Shown here in pieces: positions 21,601 to 27,568 of a DNA stretch of 64,000 nt. Where the stretch lies: positions 128,001-192,000 of IMG/VR virus record IMGVR_UViG_3300029305_004606; one strand, given 5' to 3'. Origin of the DNA: a virus. Its lineage: Duplodnaviria; Caudoviricetes. Under the pieces are notes generated by a model, which was not told the origin of the DNA, did not search any database, and was given only the letters and a program-made list of their open reading frames with translations. Positions within the stretch are counted from its first letter, which is position 1, and each line of letters starts with the position of its first letter. The position numbers and the translations under genes are program-made.

Positions 21601-23369
21601 CTAAGCAAGTTTGGGCATTCTTTATTAATAAGGGATACTCTCCTGAATGTACTGCTGGTATTATGGGTAACATGTATGCTGAATCTGCAATGAATCCTAA
21701 AGCTATTCAAAACAATGGCAAAGGACCTGCTGCAGGTATTTGTCAGTGGGAAAACTATAATACTCAGTCTGGTAGATGGAGAAATCTTTACGAATATGCT
21801 AAAGGTAATAATAAAGCTTGGACAGATCTCGATATACAGTTAAGATTTATTCACCATGAGTTACAGTCCAAGGATATTGATAATAGATTATCTGGTAAAA
21901 CTGCATCTAGCAATATTACTAAGACTGGTCTTAATATCAGTAAAGCTATGCCTTATGCACAGTGGAAAGTATGTACAGATATTCCTACTGCTTGTTGCTT
22001 GTTCGAAGCTGCTTTTGAGCGTGCTGGAGTTGTAGCAATGGAGAAGAGAATAAATGCTGCTACTGCTTACTACAATTTATATTCTGGAAAGAGTTATAGT
22101 TATGATGGGTCTATCGGATCTGCTTCTTATACAAGTGATCCTAGTACATCTAGCTCTGATTCTTCTAATAATCCTGGATTATTCAGTAATATCTGGAATG
22201 TTGTTGGAGATATAGGAACTGCATTTTCTAATGCATTCGGAAAAGTCTTCAATAAGAATGATAAATCTGATAATCAGGAAAGACAAGTATATGGTAATAA
22301 TAGTACTGGTTCTAGTAAAGCATTAATAGCTACAGGAACTGCTCCTACAGGAGATATGGCAAATAACTTCCCTTACTTTGGTCAAGGTGAAGCTCCTTGG
22401 GCTACTGAATCTTATGGACAAGGAACTATTAAGTCATCTGGATGTGGTCCTACATCTATGGCTATGGTTGCTAAATCATATGGAATCAACACTGATCCTG
22501 ACAGATTAGCAGATTGGTCTGTAGATAATGGACATAGAATTCCTAATCAAGGTACAAGTTGGGCATTCTTCCCAGCTGCAGCTAAAGAATTAGGATTAAC
22601 GGCTGATCAATTCTCTTCTCCTGCAAAAGCTAAAGAATATCTGAATAATGGAGTACCTATAATCGGATCTATGATGCCTGGTGATTTTACCAAAGGTGGT
22701 CATTATATTGTATTCAGTGGCTTAAAGGGTGATAGAGTATATGTTAACGACCCTGCTTCTAGAAAGAGAACTGGTAATGTTTGGAATGTAGATTCTGCAT
22801 TTAGTCAGGCTAAACAGTTCTGGGCTATTTCTAATAATGGTGTAGGTTCTATTGATAATTCTAAATTATCTGCTGCAGGTTCAGGCTTAGTAAGCTATGA
22901 AGACCTTGCAAATATGTCTGGTGGTTCTTCTGGTATATTAATGAAAGCTAGACCTGGTTCTAGAAATAATATGCCTGCAAGATTATCTAACGGAAGATTA
23001 GTTCCTGTATCTAGTTTCTCTGGTGGAGCTACCACAGATGTAATGACTACTCAAACACAAGCAATGCTTACTAATATTAGTAAGAATGCAAGTAAATCTA
23101 ATAGTGGTATAAGTCCTGAACTTGTAACTAAGTTGCTCACTTCTATTACTCAGATCTTGCAGAATATTGCTAATAATACTGCTCCTGTAGGTAAGATTTA
23201 CCAGGCACTTCTGGCTTATGTACAGGCTGGTGGAGATTCAGGTATCAAGAATGATACTCCAACTCCTATCAAAGTCGATAAGACTAAGAATAACCAAACA
23301 CCTGAACCTGAGATCGATTCAAGTATCGCAAATCTTGTAGGTGTTCTTGCAGAACTTGCAAAGGGTTAA
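12693..23369 (+). CDS. Tape-measure / tail-associated lysin (3558 aa) with two C39-like peptidase domains and a phage tail lysozyme domain
   Basis: Long helical A/G/K-rich body with Gly-rich hydrophobic segments. C39-like motifs QYDPRY..GCGP..HYV..NDP and QGEAPW..GCGPTS..HYI..NDP. Phage_lysozyme2-like VWAFF..AGIMGNMYAES..GICQW. Baseplate genes lie nearby. Confidence 0.88.
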   Translation: MATTNSKSKTYLKNVGKSFGYAAMDVFEHYNPTLTNLYKSSKDAVTEAKRLSREAKMQLQQAEVDSDKGGMSYILEDLASGKWYNKERQTEDERYLSTIAKEEDWGDDTTASAVADTARDVMKQNEASTRKISDSLGGAAQSISTSIGYASAQSADYIVKSFGAQSRALYGLTANGFDRVTNVLLSINNSIDGIASMGEGLNAHMKNSSIFYINATQSLNRIDTNIEKLVKMQEAANRSPRGISRKNVKGMENLIDSDGNIDLVAYMKMVKDNMDQYKTLAEALKDKKEDWIGNRKGGNMLSNTVVSVVDAMIPKMTKEAMKIMNETLRDGLIAGLARGGMKARRSNNPVANLLGEMFLPKDGYKDKLDTSNYEKGQVAWDGIARKSLVEVIPTYLAKIYAALGGEEKYFDYETGKFVKLEQIKADHEYDKRVSAVRAGGKMRTDILADIRKNAPAQRQAQLENEVESFFLQAFVDGYDFVEIAHMINDANFRRKYGITRESAKYIIDYVGAKDATKARRATGFVAGVARGRNEFGNTMRRREAAGTSNLVYASHGFDGGPAGNAINQFATMTDSFGKTQAYYLRGIYMMTGNIYGALQGQVGGSYRVRPDRRATASTYFNPDTGRYSRRRPRMTGGERSNMDNRQQRQAASTTTRNRNISIEDRAKYYGMSDDQILEAKRREEMVKRAQQAFNGQEFTPIQGTSEDGQPRVRSRFGSALAKVKDWYQAPFAAMTDMINSFTLGINNMFWGTKERKGLIDKISDYMKSLWTKVFGDENGQGGIGMQAAMKEEWTKIKTKVKDKARNFMGNVGARDRAAGQREIAQAVANQFSGTQEVPAHARGRRITKTGLIAVSEGELVIPSEFNPYYHGRTNKRQQIRNEQRIINKFYGGFATGGTVGGAYTDGQFVEDVDPITGEKIYKFVKPDGTVIRLKKSEYAKRLAQWKIKQTTQAIDDNTGAITAAKDGVNLLGSGLMDFIKASLFGTDKQQEEDKKKINMKMTDIFKEMGHEKGAMGIGAIGGLGVSLLTGAVVGPLAGAALGAGVGLLAKSEKVQKMLFGEVDENGNYEKEFGNFVMKKLPNIGVTAGLGLAGGALLGSPIIGLIAGSAIGFAGQSDAVKDRLFGKLDENGERSKGGLINKELRDKIKKAAPNIAAGGIAGLLVGPFGLAGNLIVGSAIGYLSTGEKFHQYFFGDGKDDKGLAGIIHEKIIKGLDDLIHNTGNALKGWMRKTGAKVGSKIMSFISKAQNKYETGKASGLTKAIGWAASVPGKALKGATNKVGDLVQGLAGHRRARNLAEGYDVWNAEAGRNATAAERLGMRSDDDISSAANMDRAIAGADAEQLAQLKNMLTDLRDPKLAFQKVKDKSTATLYSELMDAGITDKKLIKKIIKEAGSTNSTIRLEDLITGYSEDQQKAIRKAFNKSDKEIQAAKDTKTVTKGNLALLKDKFGINLEGSSNADIVNYLKAIEHDEKIRFGEDGSDLNAKEEKYQDNVVTLLTDMNNNISLFTEYITGKRNAAGRFDGNIDKEGNAHFWVHGDRAVSAEEAIAGARGQRDIMEFGRDTKNAIAETTTKVIDTVTEPIKDAVVGTFDFVKEKVVTPLSDTVKAVAHTAQDLYGIGIRGFNAANPDIDTSNYYGPTSGIDVVNTAQRTATRASYLGGRLKRGAGDVIKAIRGKAEGGTISGDNTFLDMLADKVIEKVGGIGDYLKGKMESAKEKITTHVDAFGNVHKMTTNNQGETVAATNDSTTKKSKAAMDKFMNSVNSIPGMATAMSGLSSMFGGLKDKLLGGDEEKGPGLLEQLVNGLFDDTDGFIPNIINLITGGQGGGKFGGITLKSIFTNLIGPGLLAAGFAGVFDNAFKAATGGAYGKKDNEEYYDKETGQVVQKTADGQYTDANGNIVSGNIGVRQNDVASFSDKLKENTARGVLTNTSSVASKVLGNTNIGKTISAAGRTVVKAVGGDAAAMASITDTILDACIKFTSMLGKIPALKGIAGKIDDMGLELAEKISTKLASSGAKSLLSNAANFVVWAKIAFIVVDFTTGYEDARTTLGIIDEPTVPQKIIAGLLRALKNLIPVVGSLIPDSLVIDVFCKYIAPFFGIEPEGLMKQREEAEAKVAEYNAANGTNYSVGEYNKAVLHDYTWTERIGNAAKSTVNDVKDKWNAGVTAIKEKGLGGAIKDGISNNVDIFKEAFKGKDGGLAGVTSGIGAVLGNLLPGVFGEVAQKNTEIQALAYKGEIGEMWKVALSDFSKGSDEEANVGIFSKIIGQIPLLFTKINMTPLALINKVIRPIMDKAGDAFKGIIEGGKYIATLPATVAADTKALVYSKEDTDLKDFFNVSKYEQQGENGFYNGIIKAVAMTSRVASLGTMIVGAVGKRIGKAFVEIKDKVVNMGKAFISLDTGITRKALEGDVSNMFSYVSSSTSEDANNPLGFIGKVYGYTTAALRTPLALVSKAGKAIGKFLVETKDKVITMGQAFVALDSGITRNALAGDIGGMFNHVSSSTSEDANNPLGFVGKVYGYVNAAMKTPLALVSKAGKAIGGWLTSVKDKVVTAFSTMATMDQSITAKATAGDITGMFDYVAGATSEDAENPLGFVGKVYGYVNAAGKVPLALLSKAGQAIGGWFGEKVDAFKTDVGTLDSAKEALKGMSQDKSSSIGDIMGYTTEFSDNNVFKGIFNAIFGFQKIFYSAAKLLGNVFDAISGVVDGIKDKVGGVVDAVTEKVSGVKDAVVEKVEDVKEGAKKVVNNVKEGAKKAGETVKGWGEAAWDGLTGWITGSGSGFVSQYDPRYQNYKVSGQNFAAKGCGPAVAAMAGRALGKNISVNDAVNGSIGYQNGNGVSIDYFQQMLGSKGINTRYISGGSSADLYNSIASGEKVVLLGRDPYNTSKEYSPFGPNNHYVLATGIDRRGNVIINDPEARGPRAYNPAILNSAKFGVAGSNSGIGRRSSIRRSSKVRNIFSGGSSYDTEIAKQVWAFFINKGYSPECTAGIMGNMYAESAMNPKAIQNNGKGPAAGICQWENYNTQSGRWRNLYEYAKGNNKAWTDLDIQLRFIHHELQSKDIDNRLSGKTASSNITKTGLNISKAMPYAQWKVCTDIPTACCLFEAAFERAGVVAMEKRINAATAYYNLYSGKSYSYDGSIGSASYTSDPSTSSSDSSNNPGLFSNIWNVVGDIGTAFSNAFGKVFNKNDKSDNQERQVYGNNSTGSSKALIATGTAPTGDMANNFPYFGQGEAPWATESYGQGTIKSSGCGPTSMAMVAKSYGINTDPDRLADWSVDNGHRIPNQGTSWAFFPAAAKELGLTADQFSSPAKAKEYLNNGVPIIGSMMPGDFTKGGHYIVFSGLKGDRVYVNDPASRKRTGNVWNVDSAFSQAKQFWAISNNGVGSIDNSKLSAAGSGLVSYEDLANMSGGSSGILMKARPGSRNNMPARLSNGRLVPVSSFSGGATTDVMTTQTQAMLTNISKNASKSNSGISPELVTKLLTSITQILQNIANNTAPVGKIYQALLAYVQAGGDSGIKNDTPTPIKVDKTKNNQTPEPEIDSSIANLVGVLAELAKG
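19850..20580 (+). repeat. Three tandem ~243-nt (81-aa) repeats inside the tape-measure gene
   Basis: KDKV...SEDA(N/E)NPLGF(I/V)GKVYGY...PLAL(V/L)SKAG(K/Q)AIG occurs three times; TATCTTCTTCTACTTCAGA recurs 243 nt apart. Confidence 0.9.
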
Positions 23370-23378
23370 AATACAAGT

Positions 23379-23412
23379 AAGTTGGAGATAGTGTAACAAC
23401 TATCTCCAACTT
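23379..23412 (+). terminator. Hairpin (terminator or processing stem) after the tape-measure gene
   Basis: AAGTTGGAGATAG/CTATCTCCAACTT; weak T-tract on the + strand. Confidence 0.55.
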
Positions 23413-23446
23413 ATGAATAAAAATAAAGAGAAAGGTGGAACAAGTT

Positions 23447-24910
23447 ATGCCATCACAATTAAGCAATTATCTAACAGATGAAGAATTGGAAGCTTATATT
23501 ACTGGTAATGACGAATCTAATGTAGACCAGACAATATCAAAGATTATGACTACCAGAACTAATGGTATAGAAGGTTTACCTTATCAGTTTATGGAATCTG
23601 TTGATCGTAGAGTTGTTACAGAAACAGAAACAACTGATGTTGGAAGAAAGTATGGTGAAAGGATATTCTCCAGATTACCTCTTTTATTCTTGACTCCTTG
23701 TGAGCCACTGTTTATGGACGAGTTTACTAGAACTGAAAGAAGAAGTGTAGTTGGTAATCTTCTTGGAAATCTTTCTGGAGACGCTTTACAAACTCTCAAT
23801 TCTTCTGGAAGATATTATACTATAGACTTCAACTACGTTGAATACTATAAGTATTTGAATACAATGCTATCTGCTCTTTCTGTATATCTTGAATATAACG
23901 GAGATAGCTTATACAATACAAAAATTAAAATTGGAGATCAGGAACCAAAAAGAATAGGTACTATTGACTGGTCAAAGGAATTGAATAGTGATTTTAAGAC
24001 TTTCTTCTCCGCTCAAGAAAATGTAGTATTCTATTTAGACGGATTAACTTCCATTTCAGAAAGTTTTGGAAATGATACCACTGAATCATCTCTAGCATCT
24101 CAGATTAATGGTTTCTCGGACACTGCTAGAGAAATTCGATATTTGTTCGGTTCTAGAGGAAATGCTGCTGCTGAATTGGTCAATTCTGGTGCAAGTATAA
24201 CAAGTAGTATTACAGAAAGTATGTCTGGAGCACTTACAAATGTATTTGGTGGTATTGTAGGTTCTATTTCAAACAATGGTGTTAATACACTATTGAATGG
24301 TGGAAAAATTATATTCCCTGAAATGTGGTCTAACTCTAGTTTTGATAAGTCTTATACAATAGATATCAAACTTAGATCTCCTGATCATGATAATTTAAGT
24401 ATCTTTTTGAATGTCTTGAAACCTTATTGTAAAATTCTTGCATTAGTTATGCCAAGACAAACAATATCAGATAGTTCTGGTGACCCTAATGGATATTCTG
24501 CTCCTTTCCTAGTAAAGGCATATTGTAAGGGAATGTTTAATATTGACATGGGAATCATTAGTTCTCTTTCTGTTACAAAAGGTGCTGAATGTTGTTGGAA
24601 TGATGATGGTTTACCTACACAGATTGATATTAGTATTGAGATCAAAGATATGTATAAACATCTTGCTATGTCAACACTTGATATTACACATCCAATTCAG
24701 TCTGCAAGGAATATTGTAAATAATACTGCTTATATGGATTTCTTAGCTAATATGGCTGGATTAAATATAGGTCAGATGGAAGTTGGTAGACGAATTACAA
24801 TGTTATATTATTTGTCACAAAACTATGTATCAAGATCATCTTCCTCTGTATTCCGTAAGTTTGATCAGGGTGTAACAAAATTGATAGGTAAAATGTACAG
24901 AAGTATATAA
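23447..24910 (+). CDS. Putative baseplate / tail-tube-initiator protein
   Basis: Follows the tape-measure gene; the C-terminal IFPEMW..S.TI.I.L.SP..PF..ISSLSV..GLP..I.ISI pattern recalls gp48/gp54-like tube-fold proteins (function inferred). Confidence 0.6.
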   Translation: MPSQLSNYLTDEELEAYITGNDESNVDQTISKIMTTRTNGIEGLPYQFMESVDRRVVTETETTDVGRKYGERIFSRLPLLFLTPCEPLFMDEFTRTERRSVVGNLLGNLSGDALQTLNSSGRYYTIDFNYVEYYKYLNTMLSALSVYLEYNGDSLYNTKIKIGDQEPKRIGTIDWSKELNSDFKTFFSAQENVVFYLDGLTSISESFGNDTTESSLASQINGFSDTAREIRYLFGSRGNAAAELVNSGASITSSITESMSGALTNVFGGIVGSISNNGVNTLLNGGKIIFPEMWSNSSFDKSYTIDIKLRSPDHDNLSIFLNVLKPYCKILALVMPRQTISDSSGDPNGYSAPFLVKAYCKGMFNIDMGIISSLSVTKGAECCWNDDGLPTQIDISIEIKDMYKHLAMSTLDITHPIQSARNIVNNTAYMDFLANMAGLNIGQMEVGRRITMLYYLSQNYVSRSSSSVFRKFDQGVTKLIGKMYRSI

Positions 24911-24918
24911 AATGATTT

Positions 24919-24951
24919 AAGAGATACCCTATTATAAGGGTATCTCTTTTA
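24919..24951 (+). terminator. Intrinsic terminator
   Basis: AAGAGATACCCT/AGGGTATCTCTT stem followed by Ts. Confidence 0.8.
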
Positions 24952-25041
24952 TTGTATATCATTAGATTTAGTAAAAAATAACAAAAAAAGTAACGGTTTA
25001 ATAATTACTAAACTTACTTTTGGTAGAAAGTGAGGTAAAGT

Positions 25042-25527
25042 ATGGATTATAATAATATTATAGTACCAATTTCATTTGATCCGTCTCTAATTGGTCATAA
25101 TTTTATAATGATAGATGTACCAGGAGAACCTTTTGCTAAGCAGCGACCGAGAGCAGCTAAGAAGGGTAGATATATAACAATATATACTCCTAGAGAGACG
25201 AAACAATATGAAGAAAAAGTAAGAAAAGTTTATAATGCTATGTATGGAAGTTACCAATTAGAGGGTGACTTAACTGCTGAAATAGAAGGAACTTTTTCTA
25301 TTCCTAATTCTGTTTCCAAAAAGAAACGTCAAGAAATGATAGAAGGTAAAGTTCCACATACTAAAAAACCCGATTGTGATAATATGGGTAAAATTTGTTT
25401 GGACGCATTAAATGAAGTAGCCTATCCTGATGATGCAGCAATAAACAAATTATGGATTTCTAAAGAATATGGAGATATTGCTAAAGTGAGAATCACTATA
25501 ATAGAAAATAAAATGATATCAGAATAG
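25042..25527 (+). CDS. rusA: RusA-family Holliday junction resolvase
   Basis: PFAKQRPR, YTPRET..YE and KPDCDN.GK..LDALN.VAYPDD match the RusA signature. Confidence 0.92.
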   Translation: MDYNNIIVPISFDPSLIGHNFIMIDVPGEPFAKQRPRAAKKGRYITIYTPRETKQYEEKVRKVYNAMYGSYQLEGDLTAEIEGTFSIPNSVSKKKRQEMIEGKVPHTKKPDCDNMGKICLDALNEVAYPDDAAINKLWISKEYGDIAKVRITIIENKMISE

Positions 25528-25541
25528 GAGACTGAATAACT

Positions 25542-25916
25542 ATGGATATGAGTAAATATTATGAATATAGGCAAAAAATTAGAGCACTGTATGATCAGGA
25601 GCCGTTTAGTAGTAATGATCTTGGAAGTAAAATTCTTGAGATTAAAGATAAAAATAGGTGTATTGTATCTATGTCTTTAGATCTAAATGCTTATTACATC
25701 CAGGCTCAGTTTGAAGATGGAACACCGTTTGAGAAAGTTAATAAAATTTGCGATTCAATTCTTAAAAGAATTGGATATTATTTATCAGATAATATCGATT
25801 CTATTCCTGATCTTGAACCGGAAGATAAAGATGCGATTAGATCGATGTTAAATAATCCTGCAGCTACATATTGTGATCATATTGTGATTGGAAACATGGT
25901 TAAAATTAACCTGTAA
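25542..25916 (+). CDS. Hypothetical protein
   Basis: AGGAG RBS; 124-aa ORF. Confidence 0.8.
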   Translation: MDMSKYYEYRQKIRALYDQEPFSSNDLGSKILEIKDKNRCIVSMSLDLNAYYIQAQFEDGTPFEKVNKICDSILKRIGYYLSDNIDSIPDLEPEDKDAIRSMLNNPAATYCDHIVIGNMVKINL

Positions 25917-25929
25917 CAAACATAAATAT

Positions 25930-26036
25930 AATGAGTCGGATTGGACACCCGATCTCATAGCTTTTGGATAAAGCTAAAGTTGACATCACCTCAAAGCAGA
26001 ACCCCTAAGGCATTGCTGCCTTAGGGGTTTTGTATT
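25930..26036 (+). ncRNA. Candidate late small RNA (two hairpins, single-stranded anti-SD-like segment, terminator)
   Basis: Own AACA-N6-TA promoter at 25919-25930; hairpins at 25931-25958 and 25958-25976; ATCACCTC at 25985-25992; terminator at 25996-26033; no RBS-led ORF. Confidence 0.55.
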
Positions 26037-26038
26037 TT
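25996..26038. terminator. Bidirectional intrinsic terminator
   Basis: AACCCCTAAGGCA/TGCCTTAGGGGTT stem between convergent units. Confidence 0.85.
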
Positions 26039-26040
26039 GA

Positions 26041-27528
26041 TTATTTCATTCCATCTAATACTTTCTTAATATAAGCAGAATCTACTTTATCAAGCTGCAA
26101 AGTATTAACAGTTTCTAAGAAACCATACATAACCTTAGAAGCTTCTACAATAAGATCTGTATCAAGAGTACCGGATTCGGTAATATAATTTTCTCTTACA
26201 ACTTCATCTTTGATGATACTTCTAGAAAGGTTTCTAGACATCTTTTCGAATACTGTCATATTACGATGCTCTTTAATACTGTCGATATGTCTCTTATAGA
26301 TTCTAACTGATTCTTCAGCAATCTTAGCTTTAGTTTCATCTTTACCGTCAAGATCTTCAATAGTCTTAACATTGTTAGAAATCTTGTTAAGAAGTTCATC
26401 AATCTTTTTCTTATCTTCAGCATTATTTCTGATGAAAGTTTCCTCAGCATCTGCGATTCTAGAACGAATGATTTCTACTGCTTTCTGAACATCTTCTTCT
26501 TTGTTAAGTTCATCGAAGATTTTACCATCATTTCCAGTATGTCCATCAATAGTAGTATCCTGATCTACACCATCATCATCTAACGGTTCACCAAGTTCAT
26601 CATCAACATGATCCTCTACATCTTCTTTAGAAGGCTCGTCATCAGAATCATCGTCTTCATCATCCTCGTCATCGTCATCCTTGTCATCATCTTTAGGATC
26701 ATCTTCAAAGGTAGTATCTTTCAAAGGATCTTCATCTTCTTTCTGCTTTTCATCTTCTTCAGATTTTTCTTCACCAGCAGGTTCTTCAGGAGCTTCTCCT
26801 TCTTCCTTTTTATCTTCACCTTCTTCAGGTTTATCTTCAGATTTAGGAAGCTGAAGTTCTACTTCTTCCTTGCTTTCATTGTCTGCGTCTTCTTCAGCAG
26901 CTTTCTTTTCTTCTCTCTTTTCTGCAGCCTCTTCAGATTTTCTCTCTTCCTCTTCTTTAGCAGCAGTAAAGATCTGACTCATAAAGTCATGTACATCTTT
27001 CTTTCTTGCAGTTTTAAGAAACTCTGCAGCAGCTGCAATAGCAGCATCTTTCTTCTTTGAACCTGAATTTTCTTTTTCATCAGAATCTTCAATAGGTTCT
27101 TCTGCTTCGATTTCTTTTACATCTGCTTCAGCAGCATCTTCTACAATCTGAGTAATTCTAGAAAGCAAATATGTTTTGTTTCCTACTTTACTAAGAATAG
27201 CAGATGCACCACCATTTTCTTTGATCCAGTTTTCTACCATACTCTCTGCAAGAATGATACCATCATCTGTGAGGGTAGAAGCTTCAAGAGCTCCGATATA
27301 GATAGCTTTGATAACTGTACCAAAAGCTTCATTTCTAGCTGCTTCCATAAGAGCTGCTCTAGAAGAAGCCTTACGATTTCTCATATCCATAATAGTATGA
27401 TACTTATTGTTGAACTGTTCTCTCACAGCAACTTTCTCGTTAACAGCATTGATTTCTCTCTGTGCTAACTGAGAACGAGACTCAGCGAGATTCTTATATG
27501 ATTCTACAACTTCGTTTTCACGTCTCAT
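26041..27528 (-). CDS. Highly acidic late protein (scaffold or internal head protein candidate)
   Basis: Long E/D-rich middle region, AAAGGAGG RBS and its own late promoter; function inferred. Confidence 0.75.
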   Translation of the reverse strand: MRRENEVVESYKNLAESRSQLAQREINAVNEKVAVREQFNNKYHTIMDMRNRKASSRAALMEAARNEAFGTVIKAIYIGALEASTLTDDGIILAESMVENWIKENGGASAILSKVGNKTYLLSRITQIVEDAAEADVKEIEAEEPIEDSDEKENSGSKKKDAAIAAAAEFLKTARKKDVHDFMSQIFTAAKEEEERKSEEAAEKREEKKAAEEDADNESKEEVELQLPKSEDKPEEGEDKKEEGEAPEEPAGEEKSEEDEKQKEDEDPLKDTTFEDDPKDDDKDDDDEDDEDDDSDDEPSKEDVEDHVDDELGEPLDDDGVDQDTTIDGHTGNDGKIFDELNKEEDVQKAVEIIRSRIADAEETFIRNNAEDKKKIDELLNKISNNVKTIEDLDGKDETKAKIAEESVRIYKRHIDSIKEHRNMTVFEKMSRNLSRSIIKDEVVRENYITESGTLDTDLIVEASKVMYGFLETVNTLQLDKVDSAYIKKVLDGMK

Positions 27529-27556
27529 TAGAGTAAACCTCCTTTATATTGGTTAT

Positions 27557-27568
27557 TAATTGGATGTT
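27557..27568 (-). promoter_or_regulatory. Late-type promoter AACA-N6-TA
   Basis: AACAtccaatTAat. Confidence 0.75.

Noticed and set aside
24980-24993. AACA-N7-TA upstream of rusA, and AACT-N6-TA near 23408 and 55457, as late promoters
   Set aside because: Spacing or core deviates from the 14-copy consensus; possible but not supportable.
25907-25987. 26-codon minus-strand ORF (MSTLALSKSYEIGCPIRLIIFMFVTG) after GAGGTG
   Set aside because: The SD-like sequence abuts the ATG with no spacer and lies just past a terminator with no promoter. The plus-strand sRNA reading fits better.
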